This document shows positions 9,929 to 18,956 of a stretch of DNA of 64,000 bases, piece after piece. The stretch lies in assembly GCA_041485695.1 (NCBI GenBank), contig JBGPJZ010000001.1:44697-108696 (forward strand). The letters are read 5' to 3'. The stretch's first letter is position 1; every line of letters starts with the position of its first letter. This DNA comes from Minisyncoccia bacterium (GTDB lineage Bacteria; Patescibacteriota; Minisyncoccia; Phycocordibacterales; Phycocordibacteraceae). The notes beneath the pieces are model-generated. The model did not search any database, was not told the origin of the DNA, and was given only the letters and a program-made list of their open reading frames with translations. Both the position numbers and the translations under genes were made by a program.

Positions 9929-11611
9929 ATGCCGCGAGACACTGTCGCGGAAATAAAAAATCGTCTCTCGATACAGGACGTCGTGGCTCCGTACGTCAAG
10001 CTCACGAAGGCCGGCCGCTCCCTTAAAGGGTTATGCCCCTTCCACAAAGAGAAGACGCCTTCATTCAATATCTCGATTGACCGAGGGACCTTCCACTGTT
10101 TCGGGTGTGGCGAGGGGGGCGATATGTTTACGTTTATTGAAAAGATCGAAGGCGTCGATTTCAAGGGAGCGCTTACGCTCCTCGCGGAGAAGGCTGGTGT
10201 CGAAGTGGTGTACAACCCAGGCGCGCGCGAGGGCGCCTCTCGCACAGAACGCCTTCGTGAGGCGATGGCGCGCGCCGTCGAGTTTTACGTTTTGCTCCTC
10301 ACCCCTGAAAGCGAAGCGTATCGCTACGCACTTTTGCGCGGGCTCACGCGGGATACGATTAAGGGCTGGCAGCTTGGCGTGGCCCCCGACGACTGGCGCC
10401 TTCTCCTTGAACATCTAACAGGGAAGAGTTTTACGCTCGATGAACTCAAGGGAGCGGGGCTTATCAAGGAGGCTGACGGTAAGGCGGGGACCTACTACGA
10501 CCGCTTTAGGAATCGCCTCATGTTCCCGATACGCGATACCGCAGGGCGCACGCTTGCCTTTACCGGCCGCGCTCTTGATAAAAATGAACAAGCAAAATAT
10601 CTGAATAGCCCCGAGACCGAGCTCTATCACAAGTCCCAGATACTCTTCGGAATGGACAAAGCCAAGGAGGCGATACGTACGCGAGGGTTCGCCCTCCTTG
10701 TCGAAGGACAGATGGATCTCCTCCATGCGCACCAAGCGGGATTTGAAAACGCCATAGCGCTTTCAGGCACGGCGTTTACGGGGGAGCATGCTCGGCTCCT
10801 GAAACGGTACAGCGAGAACTTGATGCTGGCGCTCGACGCCGACTCCGCAGGGCTCACCGCTACGCAAAAGTCGGCCTTGGTCGCTTTGGGTTCGGGGATG
10901 CACGTTAAGGCTGTCCGGTTGCCGACTGGCTCGGACCCGGCCGACGTCATCAGTCATGATGCGAAAGATTTCACGGCGCGCGTTAAAGAGGCCAAGCCGG
11001 TCGTGGAGTTCTTTCTTAGTATCCTGGCTGAACGCGAACATAACCCGCACCGCCTCGTACTTGCTGCTGAGAGCATCGTCTTGCCCTTGTTGCGTGCGGT
11101 TACGAGCCCGATGGAGCGGGAGCACTTCATCCAGAGCGCCGCGCAGACCTTAGGCCTCTCGTCCGAAGCGGTACGCGCATCGCTCACGAAATTGCCTCCG
11201 CCCGCGGCAGATGAAACAGATCGAGGCGCTCGTGCAGTAGCGGTTGCGAAGCGTCCGGAGCGCGATGCGCGCGAGGATGCGCTCCGAGCCCTCTCATCTG
11301 CTTATCCGAGCACTCTGCTTGCAGAGCGCGTCATGAGGGAGTACGCTCGTATTACTGAAGCCCCGCTTGCTGTGGGGGAGGTCACGGAGGCCGCCCTGTT
11401 CGAGGTAGAGCAAGCCTTTGGCGAAGACCCTCCCGAGACGGCAGCGGACGAGCTTCTCCATGCCTTCGAAACTGCGTACGTACGCGAGGCGTATCAGGAG
11501 GCGGTTGCCACCCTTCGCCGAGCCGAGAACGCAGGCGACGTTGCTGTTACGAAAAAGATCCAGGGAGAAGTCGCCACGCTTTCAAAGCGTCTCGCCTCGC
11601 TCACGCACTAA
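9929..11611 (+). CDS. dnaG: DNA primase
   Basis: CPFHKEKTPSF..CFGC zinc finger; KYLNSPET; Toprim VEGQMD and DADSAG. Confidence 0.98.
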   Translation: MPRDTVAEIKNRLSIQDVVAPYVKLTKAGRSLKGLCPFHKEKTPSFNISIDRGTFHCFGCGEGGDMFTFIEKIEGVDFKGALTLLAEKAGVEVVYNPGAREGASRTERLREAMARAVEFYVLLLTPESEAYRYALLRGLTRDTIKGWQLGVAPDDWRLLLEHLTGKSFTLDELKGAGLIKEADGKAGTYYDRFRNRLMFPIRDTAGRTLAFTGRALDKNEQAKYLNSPETELYHKSQILFGMDKAKEAIRTRGFALLVEGQMDLLHAHQAGFENAIALSGTAFTGEHARLLKRYSENLMLALDADSAGLTATQKSALVALGSGMHVKAVRLPTGSDPADVISHDAKDFTARVKEAKPVVEFFLSILAEREHNPHRLVLAAESIVLPLLRAVTSPMEREHFIQSAAQTLGLSSEAVRASLTKLPPPAADETDRGARAVAVAKRPERDAREDALRALSSAYPSTLLAERVMREYARITEAPLAVGEVTEAALFEVEQAFGEDPPETAADELLHAFETAYVREAYQEAVATLRRAENAGDVAVTKKIQGEVATLSKRLASLTH

Positions 11612-11617
11612 CTACCT

Positions 11618-12853
11618 ATGCCAAAACGAAAAATTAAGAAAATAAAAAAGGCTGCAAAGCACGCGAAGACGAAAGCGAAAATTCGCAAAGCAAGCCCGCG
11701 CCTGCCTGCCGGCAGGCAGGCCACAAGGCATGCGCGGGTGAAACGCATCGTGCGCATCGCTGCGACTGGCGTAAGGGCGAAGGCGGCGGCGCAGATGCAG
11801 CTTTCAGCCGAACAGCTCATCACGAAGGGCAAGGAGCGCGGCTACATCACCTACAACGAGATCCTTAAGTCCTTCCCGCATGTCGAAGACGACGTCGACT
11901 TCCTCGAGGCTCTCTACGAACGCTTCTCGATAGCAGGCATCGATGTCCTTGAAGGGGGCATGCTTGAGGATAATGCCGATCAGTATCTTGCGACCAAGAA
12001 CATCAAAGACCGGCAGTCGACCTCGTACGATTCCATCCAGATTTATTTGCGCGAAATCGGCCAGTACCCTTTGCTTACCGCCGCTGAAGAGCGCCAGTTG
12101 GCTCAACGGATCGAGAGGGGTGATGCTGAAGCGCGCAATATCCTCGCGAGGAGCAACCTCCGCCTCGTCGTTTCAATAGCAAAAAAGTATGTCGGCCGTT
12201 CACCTGACCTGACCTTGCTTGACCTCATTCAAGAGGGGAATTTGGGCCTCTTTCGCGCCGTCGATAAGTTCGACTGGAAAAAAGGCTATAAGTTCTCGAC
12301 CTACGCTACGTGGTGGATTCGCCAGGCGATTACGCGCGCCTTGGCCGACCAGTCGCGCACTATCCGCATCCCCGTGCACATGGTAGAAACAATCGCAAAA
12401 TACAAGCAAGTCTCGAGGCGCCTGGCGCAGGCCTTGGGCCGCGACCCGCAGGCTGAGGAGATTGCGGTCGAGATGGGCGTCGAACCGGAGAAGATCTACC
12501 AGATCGAGAAAATCAACCAAGACACCCTCTCTTTGGAGAACCCTGTCGGCTCTGACGACGATGAAAAGTCCACCCTGGGCGACTTTATTGCTGATGACAA
12601 AATCCCCAGCCCGGTTCAAGAGTCGTCGGAGCGTATCCTTGCCGAGCAGGTTCGGAGTATCTTGAGCGACCTTTCGCCCAAGGAGCGCAAGATTTTGGAA
12701 ATGCGCCACGGGCTCCTCGACGGTATTTACCACACGCTTGAAGAAGTGGGTAAGGAGTTCGGCGTGACTCGCGAGCGCATCCGCCAAATCGAGGCGAAGG
12801 CGCTCGAAAAAATCCGGACCCATGACAGAGCTAGACACCTGAAGAGTTATTAA
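11618..12853 (+). CDS. rpoD: Primary sigma factor sigma70 with basic N-terminal tail
   Basis: Region 1.1 GKERGYITY; [10 protein letters not shown]; [14 protein letters not shown]; [10 protein letters not shown]. Confidence 0.98.
   Translation: MPKRKIKKIKKAAKHAKTKAKIRKASPRLPAGRQATRHARVKRIVRIAATGVRAKAAAQMQLSAEQLITKGKERGYITYNEILKSFPHVEDDVDFLEALYERFSIAGIDVLEGGMLEDNADQYLATKNIKDRQSTSYDSIQIYLREIGQYPLLTAAEERQLAQRIERGDAEARNILARSNLRLVVSIAKKYVGRSPDLTLLDLIQEGNLGLFRAVDKFDWKKGYKFSTYATWWIRQAITRALADQSRTIRIPVHMVETIAKYKQVSRRLAQALGRDPQAEEIAVEMGVEPEKIYQIEKINQDTLSLENPVGSDDDEKSTLGDFIADDKIPSPVQESSERILAEQVRSILSDLSPKERKILEMRHGLLDGIYHTLEEVGKEFGVTRERIRQIEAKALEKIRTHDRARHLKSY
11700..11721. repeat. 22-bp perfect palindrome inside rpoD (encodes part of RLPAGRQA)
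   Basis: GCCTGCCTGCCGGCAGGCAGGC equals its own reverse complement. Confidence 0.9.
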
Positions 12854-12880
12854 AAAGGCCCGGATTGCTCCGGGCCTTTT
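12853..12880. terminator. Bidirectional terminator after rpoD
   Basis: AAAAGGCCCGGA-TTGC-TCCGGGCCTTTT. Confidence 0.8.
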
Positions 12881-12894
12881 GCAAGGCACTGACG

Positions 12895-13203
12895 TCATTT
12901 CCCCGCCACATGTTCTTTATATAGATCAAGGGCGGATTCCCTCGGCGAAGCTCTTCTTTCGTCGAGCGGTACCACCACCTCCAGCCGTTCTGGGAACCGC
13001 TCCCAGGGCAAGGCAATCTGGCGCGCATCTCCCTCCCGAAAAAGAAGCCATGGCCTCGCACTCGTGCGGCTCACGAATGCTACGACTTCTTCGACAGCTT
13101 CGAGCGTTCCTCGGGCAAAGAATTGGTAAACAGTAAAGACGCCGTCTGGAAATCGGTAGTAGTGGAACTCGTAGGTGTGATTGAAAAGTTCAAACTGACT
13201 CAT
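12895..13203 (-). CDS. Hypothetical protein (~102 aa)
   Basis: ATG at 13203 after GAGAGGGG; fills the gap, divergent from 13258; the upstream part of the listed ORF is antisense to the nuclease gene. Confidence 0.5.
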   Translation of the reverse strand: MSQFELFNHTYEFHYYRFPDGVFTVYQFFARGTLEAVEEVVAFVSRTSARPWLLFREGDARQIALPWERFPERLEVVVPLDERRASPRESALDLYKEHVAGK

Positions 13204-13257
13204 CCGGGCAGCCCCTCTCGTTGATCTGAAATCGATAGTACCATGTAGGTTCAGCCT

Positions 13258-14118
13258 ATGAAACGGAAAAGGAAGGGGAAAAAGCTGCCTATCAAGCACT
13301 GGAGCCACTCGAGCTTGATGGCATTCTTGCGGAACCCTCTTGCGTGGTACAAGCGCTATGTCGAGGAGGTCTACGACACGCCTTCGAGCCCTTCGTCTAT
13401 CGTTGGCCGGGCAGGGCACCTCGCGCTCCAGCATTTTTACCAGGGCGTCGATAAAGACGCCGCGATACTGCTTGGCCTTGAGTACGTGCGTAACGTGCAG
13501 GATTTTGAGATAAACTTCGGCAAGGCAAAGAGTCGCAAGGCCCGGCGCGCAAAGCGCGCCGGGATGGAGCACGAGTACCTCCAAGCCATCGGGTTCTACT
13601 TAGCGAAACCCCCACGCCACAAAGTACTCGGGGTGGAGGTGCGCGGCGTGGTCGGCGTCGAAGGGCTCCCGCTCCCTTTAAAGGCCATCTCGGATTTAGT
13701 CGTAGAGTCAAAGCTTGAGAAGGGCGCCGTCGATATTGTCGACCACAAGTTCGTCGATTCGTTCAGTAAGACAGGAGCGAGGAAGTCACTCTTTATCATG
13801 CAGGCTATTTTTAATTACTACACCGTGCGCGAGCTCTTTGGCCGCCCCGTGCGGCGCTTCATCGTCTATGAGTGCAAAAAGTCGAAGAACGCGAAGGGCG
13901 GTGCGCAATTAAAACGCCACGTCATCGACTACCGTGAGGCAAAAGAGGACTTTGCTGTCTTTCATCGTCTCATCAAAGAGGCTACCGAGGAGCTCTCGCG
14001 GCGTCGCCACTACCTCCCCAACCCCTCCGACATGTTCGAGGGCGACCACTCGTTCGATATCTATCGCCTCCGCCTTCTCGAGACAGAAGAGATTGACGAA
14101 ACCGAGGAGGAACTGTAA
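13258..14118 (+). CDS. PD-(D/E)XK nuclease (RecB/AddB-like), without the Fe-S cysteines
   Basis: HWSHSSL..NP..WYKRYV, G-x-x-x-H (GRAGH), ISDLV..VDIVDHK, Q..FNY. Confidence 0.8.
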   Translation: MKRKRKGKKLPIKHWSHSSLMAFLRNPLAWYKRYVEEVYDTPSSPSSIVGRAGHLALQHFYQGVDKDAAILLGLEYVRNVQDFEINFGKAKSRKARRAKRAGMEHEYLQAIGFYLAKPPRHKVLGVEVRGVVGVEGLPLPLKAISDLVVESKLEKGAVDIVDHKFVDSFSKTGARKSLFIMQAIFNYYTVRELFGRPVRRFIVYECKKSKNAKGGAQLKRHVIDYREAKEDFAVFHRLIKEATEELSRRRHYLPNPSDMFEGDHSFDIYRLRLLETEEIDETEEEL

Positions 14119-14150
14119 ACCTAGTGCAGAGGCTAAGAGTGGAGCAAGGA

Positions 14151-14333
14151 ATGAATCAGCAATTTCAGAAGAAGAAAGCGGAGAGAGCATCGCCGCTTCT
14201 CATGTTTGCCACGCTCTTTCTCCTTATCGCGGTACTCACCTTATATTTTGCCAGGGACCGCCCGCAACCTGTGCAGTCGCCCGACTTGCCGATTCGAGCT
14301 GTAGTAAGCGTGCCTGCGTCGCCCACTCGCTAG
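14151..14333 (+). CDS. Small single-pass membrane protein
   Basis: Purine-rich GGAGCAAGGA before ATG; one hydrophobic helix; Pro-rich tail. Confidence 0.5.
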   Translation: MNQQFQKKKAERASPLLMFATLFLLIAVLTLYFARDRPQPVQSPDLPIRAVVSVPASPTR

Positions 14334-14352
14334 GAAGAAGGCAGATGCGGTC

Positions 14353-14379
14353 AAGGCCCGGAGCGATGCTCCGGGCCTT
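14353..14379. terminator. Hairpin related to the one at 12853
   Basis: AAGGCCCGGAGC-GAT-GCTCCGGGCCTT. Confidence 0.7.
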
Positions 14380-14381
14380 CC

Positions 14382-15059
14382 TTATTTGCTAGCAGCGAGA
14401 GCCGCGTCGAGCTGGTCTTTGAGGTCGGCGTAGCTCCAGGCGCCATCGATGACTATAGGCGGCTTGCCGTCGATAAGAATGAGCGAATAGGGCGTACCTC
14501 CTGCCCCAGCGTCAATCGCGTTCTGCCTTTCGGCATCGATGCGCGCATCGATGCCGTTCGTCGCGGCATTTTGGATGCATGAAGCGACCGCTTCCGGTGA
14601 GGCGCCCGTGGCGCGCGCATACTCGGCGTACTTGGTCGGGTCGGCAGGCTGGTTAGCGAAGAGGAGGTCGTTAAACTTAAAGTATGCCTCGTTCCCAGCC
14701 GTCTGTGCCACGCACTCGGCTGCCTCGGCGTGCTTCTTCGCATTCGGATGGAGTTCAGTAATCGCGAAATTACGAAAAATCCACGCCACGTCGCCCCCTG
14801 TGCCATAGTCATTTACAAGCTGGTGGAGGGTCGCATTGAAAGTCGCGCAGTGGGGGCAATCGAAGTCCGAGTATTCGACAATCTTCACTTTGGCGGTCGG
14901 ATTGCCGAGGATATGGTCGTCGGCGCTGATGGCAGCCGCGGCGCTCGCGGCTTGAGAGGCCGCTGACGGGTTCGCGCCTTTGAAGCTCGCGTACACTGCG
15001 CCCGCGAGGATGACGCCGGCACAGATGATCGCACCCGGTATGACAAAAGAAGCTTTCAT
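14382..15059 (-). CDS. DsbA-family thioredoxin-fold oxidoreductase
   Basis: DHILGNPTAKVKIVEYSDFDCPHC; GTP cis-Pro loop; N-terminal anchor. Confidence 0.92.
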   Translation of the reverse strand: MKASFVIPGAIICAGVILAGAVYASFKGANPSAASQAASAAAAISADDHILGNPTAKVKIVEYSDFDCPHCATFNATLHQLVNDYGTGGDVAWIFRNFAITELHPNAKKHAEAAECVAQTAGNEAYFKFNDLLFANQPADPTKYAEYARATGASPEAVASCIQNAATNGIDARIDAERQNAIDAGAGGTPYSLILIDGKPPIVIDGAWSYADLKDQLDAALAASK

Positions 15060-15640
15060 AATGTGAGTGTGTGGGTGAGAGAAGGGGCAACGGCGCCCTG
15101 CCCCCAGTGCGAGGTGTCTATTTTGAGGTCGCGTACGTCGCGTAAGTCCTTGTATTTCAAAAGGCCGTTCTTTAATGCGTACTCATAGAGTTCTCGCGTC
15201 AGGCGGACGTCCTCAATGCAATACTCACGCACTTTATCGACAGCGCCCTCTCGCCACCATATACCTGCTTTCAGGCCGTCACCTTTTTTACTGCGGCCAA
15301 GCGTCGCCTGGGCAAGCGAATCGAGACGAACGCGCCGCCCCAAGACTTTATAGACTTCAGTCAGGAGGTCGAGAGAGGCGATTTTCGTAAGGTCGCCGGG
15401 GTAGTAACGATTTAAAAGCGGGATGTCGAACGAGTCAGAGTTAAAGCCGATGAGCAGGTCGGTGCGCTCGATAATCGGCCAGAGTTTCGGCAGCTCCTCC
15501 TTAAGGTATGAAGAGTACGAGTCGGTCTCGGAGTCGTAAATGGCGATGAGGGTTAGATCTTGGTCGCCGAGGTCAATCTTCCCGCGTACATTGGAGCCGC
15601 TTGCCGAGATACTCTCGATATCAAAGACAAGGTAACGCAT
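15056..15640 (-). CDS. RNase H-like (YprB/DEDD-type) exonuclease domain protein
   Basis: LVFDIE, GFNSDSFDIP, YCIEDV. Confidence 0.85.
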   Translation of the reverse strand: MRYLVFDIESISASGSNVRGKIDLGDQDLTLIAIYDSETDSYSSYLKEELPKLWPIIERTDLLIGFNSDSFDIPLLNRYYPGDLTKIASLDLLTEVYKVLGRRVRLDSLAQATLGRSKKGDGLKAGIWWREGAVDKVREYCIEDVRLTRELYEYALKNGLLKYKDLRDVRDLKIDTSHWGQGAVAPSLTHTLTL

Positions 15641-15649
15641 CAGGGCAGT

Positions 15650-16900
15650 TTACGCGTTCCTAATATGAGCTGCAACATCCGCAAGCGAGAGCGAGCGCTC
15701 CTCACCGGTCGAGAGCCGCTTCACGCGGAGCGTGTGCGAATGCTTCTCTTCGTCGCCGACGGCAGCAAAGTACGGGATGCCGCGACGGTCGGCGTCCTTT
15801 ACTTGGTCGCCGAGCGATTTGGCCGACAGGTTTATAAAAACGCGGAGCCCGCTCGCGCGGAGCATCTCGGCCGCTCCGTTAGCCGCGGCGAGGTCGTTTT
15901 CAGAAGGGGTGCCGAGGTAGAGCTCGGGCGCGCTTGTCGATGCGGGGAGCAGGTCGTGGGTCGTAAGAAAGTCGACCAAGGTCACATCTCCCATGCCGAA
16001 GCCCACCGCAGGGACGGGCTCGCCGCCAAAGAGGCTGACGAGGTCGTCGTAGCGCCCGCCGCCGAACAACGCGCGCGAGTTCGCAGGGTCGGTATCGTAA
16101 ATTTCAAAGACGATGCCAGTGTAGTAGTCGAAGCCCCGCACGATCGAGGGGTCGAAGACGACATTCGCTATCCCGCGCGCCTTGAAAGCCTCGATAAGCT
16201 TCATAAGCTTCTCTTTTTCGGCACGTACGCGCTTGTCGCTCTCGATGAGCGCGAGAGGGTCGGTAGAGGTGATTGCGTCAAGCGCTACCTTAAAATCGGC
16301 GCCAGGCATCTTGTCTTTTTTATCGAGGAGGCGTAAGTAGGCGCGCGCCGCCTCCGCCTTCATGCCAGCTGCCTTGCAGGCGGCATCGAGCAAGGCGCGC
16401 GAGCTCATTCGGATGACGAAGTCGTCGTCCGTCGCGCCAAAGGCGGCAAGCAGAGCATGGGCTATGACGATAATCTCGCCATCAGCCTTTGTATCTTTGA
16501 CCCCGAGCAAGTCAACATTGAGTTGGTAGTGCTCCCGCAAGCGCCCCCTCTGCGGCCGTTCATAGCGAAAGAGGTTCGGTAGCGAAAACCAGCGCAAAGG
16601 GAGGGGGAGCTCGCGGCGCTTATGGGCGACCATGCGTGCAAGAGTGGGCGTCATTTCGGGGCGGAGCGTGACGCGCCGCCCGCCGCGGTCTTCAAAGGTG
16701 TACGTCTGCTCACTCACGATCTCTTCATTACCCTTACTCTCGTAGAGCTCTGCGCGCTCCAGAGGGGAGGCGTTGTACTCTTCGTAGCCCCACAAGGCGA
16801 GCGTTTGCCGCAAGCGTTCGAAAATCGCCTGCATCAGTGCCCAGTCGAGCGGGTAAAAGTCGCGTACGCCTTTGTACGAGTCAGTCGAAAGCTCACTCAT
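15650..16900 (-). CDS. hisS: Histidine--tRNA ligase
   Basis: KGVRDF, LRPEMT, FRYERPQRGRLREH, RGFDYYTG, GGGRYD. Confidence 0.98.
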   Translation of the reverse strand: MSELSTDSYKGVRDFYPLDWALMQAIFERLRQTLALWGYEEYNASPLERAELYESKGNEEIVSEQTYTFEDRGGRRVTLRPEMTPTLARMVAHKRRELPLPLRWFSLPNLFRYERPQRGRLREHYQLNVDLLGVKDTKADGEIIVIAHALLAAFGATDDDFVIRMSSRALLDAACKAAGMKAEAARAYLRLLDKKDKMPGADFKVALDAITSTDPLALIESDKRVRAEKEKLMKLIEAFKARGIANVVFDPSIVRGFDYYTGIVFEIYDTDPANSRALFGGGRYDDLVSLFGGEPVPAVGFGMGDVTLVDFLTTHDLLPASTSAPELYLGTPSENDLAAANGAAEMLRASGLRVFINLSAKSLGDQVKDADRRGIPYFAAVGDEEKHSHTLRVKRLSTGEERSLSLADVAAHIRNA

Positions 16901-17436
16901 GCACCCAGTGTATCACCACTCGGTTTTGTCGAAACATACTTCAATATAATGTCGCGCATCTGCGCGGGGTGGGGGATGCCGCGCATCGAAAAGCGGTCAA
17001 CCGCGCCCGCGCTCTGCACGTTGATATCGCCGATATCAAGCAAGGAGACCAGGATGCCTTCGGTGTCGACGGTGATGTCCTGGACGCGGTTAAGGAGGAG
17101 GGACGAGACCTCGCGGCGGAAGAATCCTTTTTGGTGGATGTCGACGATGCGAAAGTTCGTCACGACCCAGAGATTCAAGAAATAGCGGGTGAAGGTGAGC
17201 CATGCCGCCGTCCAGATAAAGAGCCACCAGGTAGCGAGCAATAAGCGTATGACACCGTCCCCGCCCCAATTGACCGTTGACCATAATGGCTGGTTGAACA
17301 TTTCAAGGAGGCGCGGGAGCGCAAGCGGCAGCAGCGCGAGGATGGCGAAAGGGAGGAGTTGAAGCAAAAAGATAAACCAATGCTTGCGCGCCTCCTTGAC
17401 TACATGTTCGCCGGGCTCGAGTTCAAATTCTTTCAT
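16897..17436 (-). CDS. Membrane protein with bacterial PH domain
   Basis: RKHW, two TM helices, VTNFRIVDI, VQDI, GDINVQSAG. Confidence 0.8.
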   Translation of the reverse strand: MKEFELEPGEHVVKEARKHWFIFLLQLLPFAILALLPLALPRLLEMFNQPLWSTVNWGGDGVIRLLLATWWLFIWTAAWLTFTRYFLNLWVVTNFRIVDIHQKGFFRREVSSLLLNRVQDITVDTEGILVSLLDIGDINVQSAGAVDRFSMRGIPHPAQMRDIILKYVSTKPSGDTLGA

Positions 17437-17699
17437 ACGGAGGGGATAAAGTTCCCAGTGAGGGCGTACGACATGAGGGCCACCGAAACAGCGAGATGCA
17501 CGAAGATAGCGGGGAAGGCGAGGAGAGAGGCGTGGCTATACTTAAGCCAATGATAGGTCGCGACCAAAGTGTAGATGAGCCAGACGGCGAACACGAAAGC
17601 GAGCAAAACGGTGAGGGTACTCCCTGCGGGGACAGTAATGCCAAGGTGCGAGAGCGTTTCAAGCGGGTTTTGAAAGGGTACTAAGGGCTGGTCAGGCAT
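17433..17699 (-). CDS. Small membrane protein
   Basis: Two hydrophobic helices around a YHW motif; 4-nt overlap with the next gene. Confidence 0.7.
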   Translation of the reverse strand: MPDQPLVPFQNPLETLSHLGITVPAGSTLTVLLAFVFAVWLIYTLVATYHWLKYSHASLLAFPAIFVHLAVSVALMSYALTGNFIPSV

Positions 17700-17701
17700 T
17701 A

Positions 17702-18442
17702 CTAAAAGGATATCACGATGACACGAGGCCGCTCGTACTGGTCGTTCTTGATGAAGGCCTTGAAGCCCTGCTCGGTAAAGAGCTCACGCGCAGCATCGGC
17801 ATGTTCGGCATCGCATTCGACCCATGCCGCGCCACCTTTCGCCAGGTGGCGTGGCAATTCAAGCGCGATCCGGCGTATGACCGCGAGCCCGTCAGGGCCA
17901 GCGCGGAGCGCCAACGCGGGTTCGTAGTCCGCAACGCTTACTGGTAATTCGCGGCCTTCGGGCACGTAGGGCGGGTTCGCGGCGATGAAGTCGAATCCGC
18001 CAGCTGGCGGACTCGCCGCGAACGGCTCGAACAAGTCGCCGATGCGTACTTCTGCACGCGATTCATCAAGCTTATTTTCACGAATGTTTTTACGAATCGT
18101 CGCTTCATGCTCTGGGTCGATTTCGCAAAAATAAACTTGTGCGTTCGGGCACTGTGCCAAAATCGCGCACCCAATCGCCCCCGAACCCGCACACAAATCG
18201 AGCACCGAGAGCTGAGAGGTGTCACTGAGGGAGGTTCCGGAAGGCGACGGCCTGAGGCCCAGCGATTTTTCAGCAGAAAAATACGCGTCTCCCGAAGGGA
18301 CACTTTTCAGCTCAAGGATTAGCTCCTCGACCCACCACTCGGTCTCCGGGCGAGGGATTAAGGGGTGCGAATCAAGCCAGATTTTGAGGCCCAAAAACGG
18401 CACCCATCCTAGCCTGTACGCCTCTGGCTCTTCGCTCTGCAT
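17702..18442 (-). CDS. prmC: Release-factor glutamine methyltransferase (HemK/PrmC), N-terminally shortened, with palindromic inserts
   Basis: LIPRPETE, VLDLCAGSG, NPPY, YEP..AL..G.DGL. Confidence 0.92.
   Translation of the reverse strand: MQSEEPEAYRLGWVPFLGLKIWLDSHPLIPRPETEWWVEELILELKSVPSGDAYFSAEKSLGLRPSPSGTSLSDTSQLSVLDLCAGSGAIGCAILAQCPNAQVYFCEIDPEHEATIRKNIRENKLDESRAEVRIGDLFEPFAASPPAGGFDFIAANPPYVPEGRELPVSVADYEPALALRAGPDGLAVIRRIALELPRHLAKGGAAWVECDAEHADAARELFTEQGFKAFIKNDQYERPRVIVISF
17996..18011. repeat. 16-bp perfect palindrome inside prmC (encodes SPPAGG)
   Basis: TCCGCCAGCTGGCGGA is self-complementary. Confidence 0.85.
18209..18313. repeat. 105-bp folded element inside prmC with 15-bp inverted ends
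   Basis: GAGCTGAGAGGTGTC...GACACTTTTCAGCTC (13/15 Watson-Crick plus two G-T pairs); internal hairpins. Confidence 0.8.
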
Positions 18443-18464
18443 CGCCCTATGCTACACTTTTTCT

Positions 18465-18911
18465 ATGCGGTTTCACTTTTGGCACACGTTCCTCTCGCTC
18501 TTTTTCGCGATACTCGTCGTGATGGGCATTGCATGGTTAAACGCTACCGGGCGGCTCGCGAGCTTCGTACCCTTAACCGACTTCTTCCTCATGGCGCTTG
18601 CCATCTTTCGCCTCATTCACCTCTTTACTTACGACAACATCACCGCGTTTATCCGCGAATGGTTCGTGGGCTACGATGGCCGTACCTTAGCCGGCTCCCT
18701 CGGCACCCTCATTAACTGTCCGTGGTGCACCGGGCTCTGGTTCTCGTTCGTCATCGTCTTCTTGTATTTCGCGACGCCTTTCGCGTGGTATATCATCCTT
18801 ATCCTCGCGCTCTCGGCGCTTGCATCATTTTTTCAACTCCTTTCAAATTTAATCGGCCGGAGTGCTGAACTGAAGAAGCGCGAAGCGCAAAATATAACAT
18901 TGCCTCATTAA
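18465..18911 (+). CDS. DUF1360-like membrane protein
   Basis: LAIFRLIHLFTYDNIT..R, LINCPWCTGLW; ATG 6 nt after TACACT. Confidence 0.8.
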   Translation: MRFHFWHTFLSLFFAILVVMGIAWLNATGRLASFVPLTDFFLMALAIFRLIHLFTYDNITAFIREWFVGYDGRTLAGSLGTLINCPWCTGLWFSFVIVFLYFATPFAWYIILILALSALASFFQLLSNLIGRSAELKKREAQNITLPH

Positions 18912-18956
18912 GAAAACGTGCTATAGTGATCGTAGGAATTCAGAACATAAAGGGTA

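Noticed and set aside
2991-11611. Inteins or introns in rpoB, rpoC and dnaG
   Set aside because: Frames are continuous and lengths are normal or short
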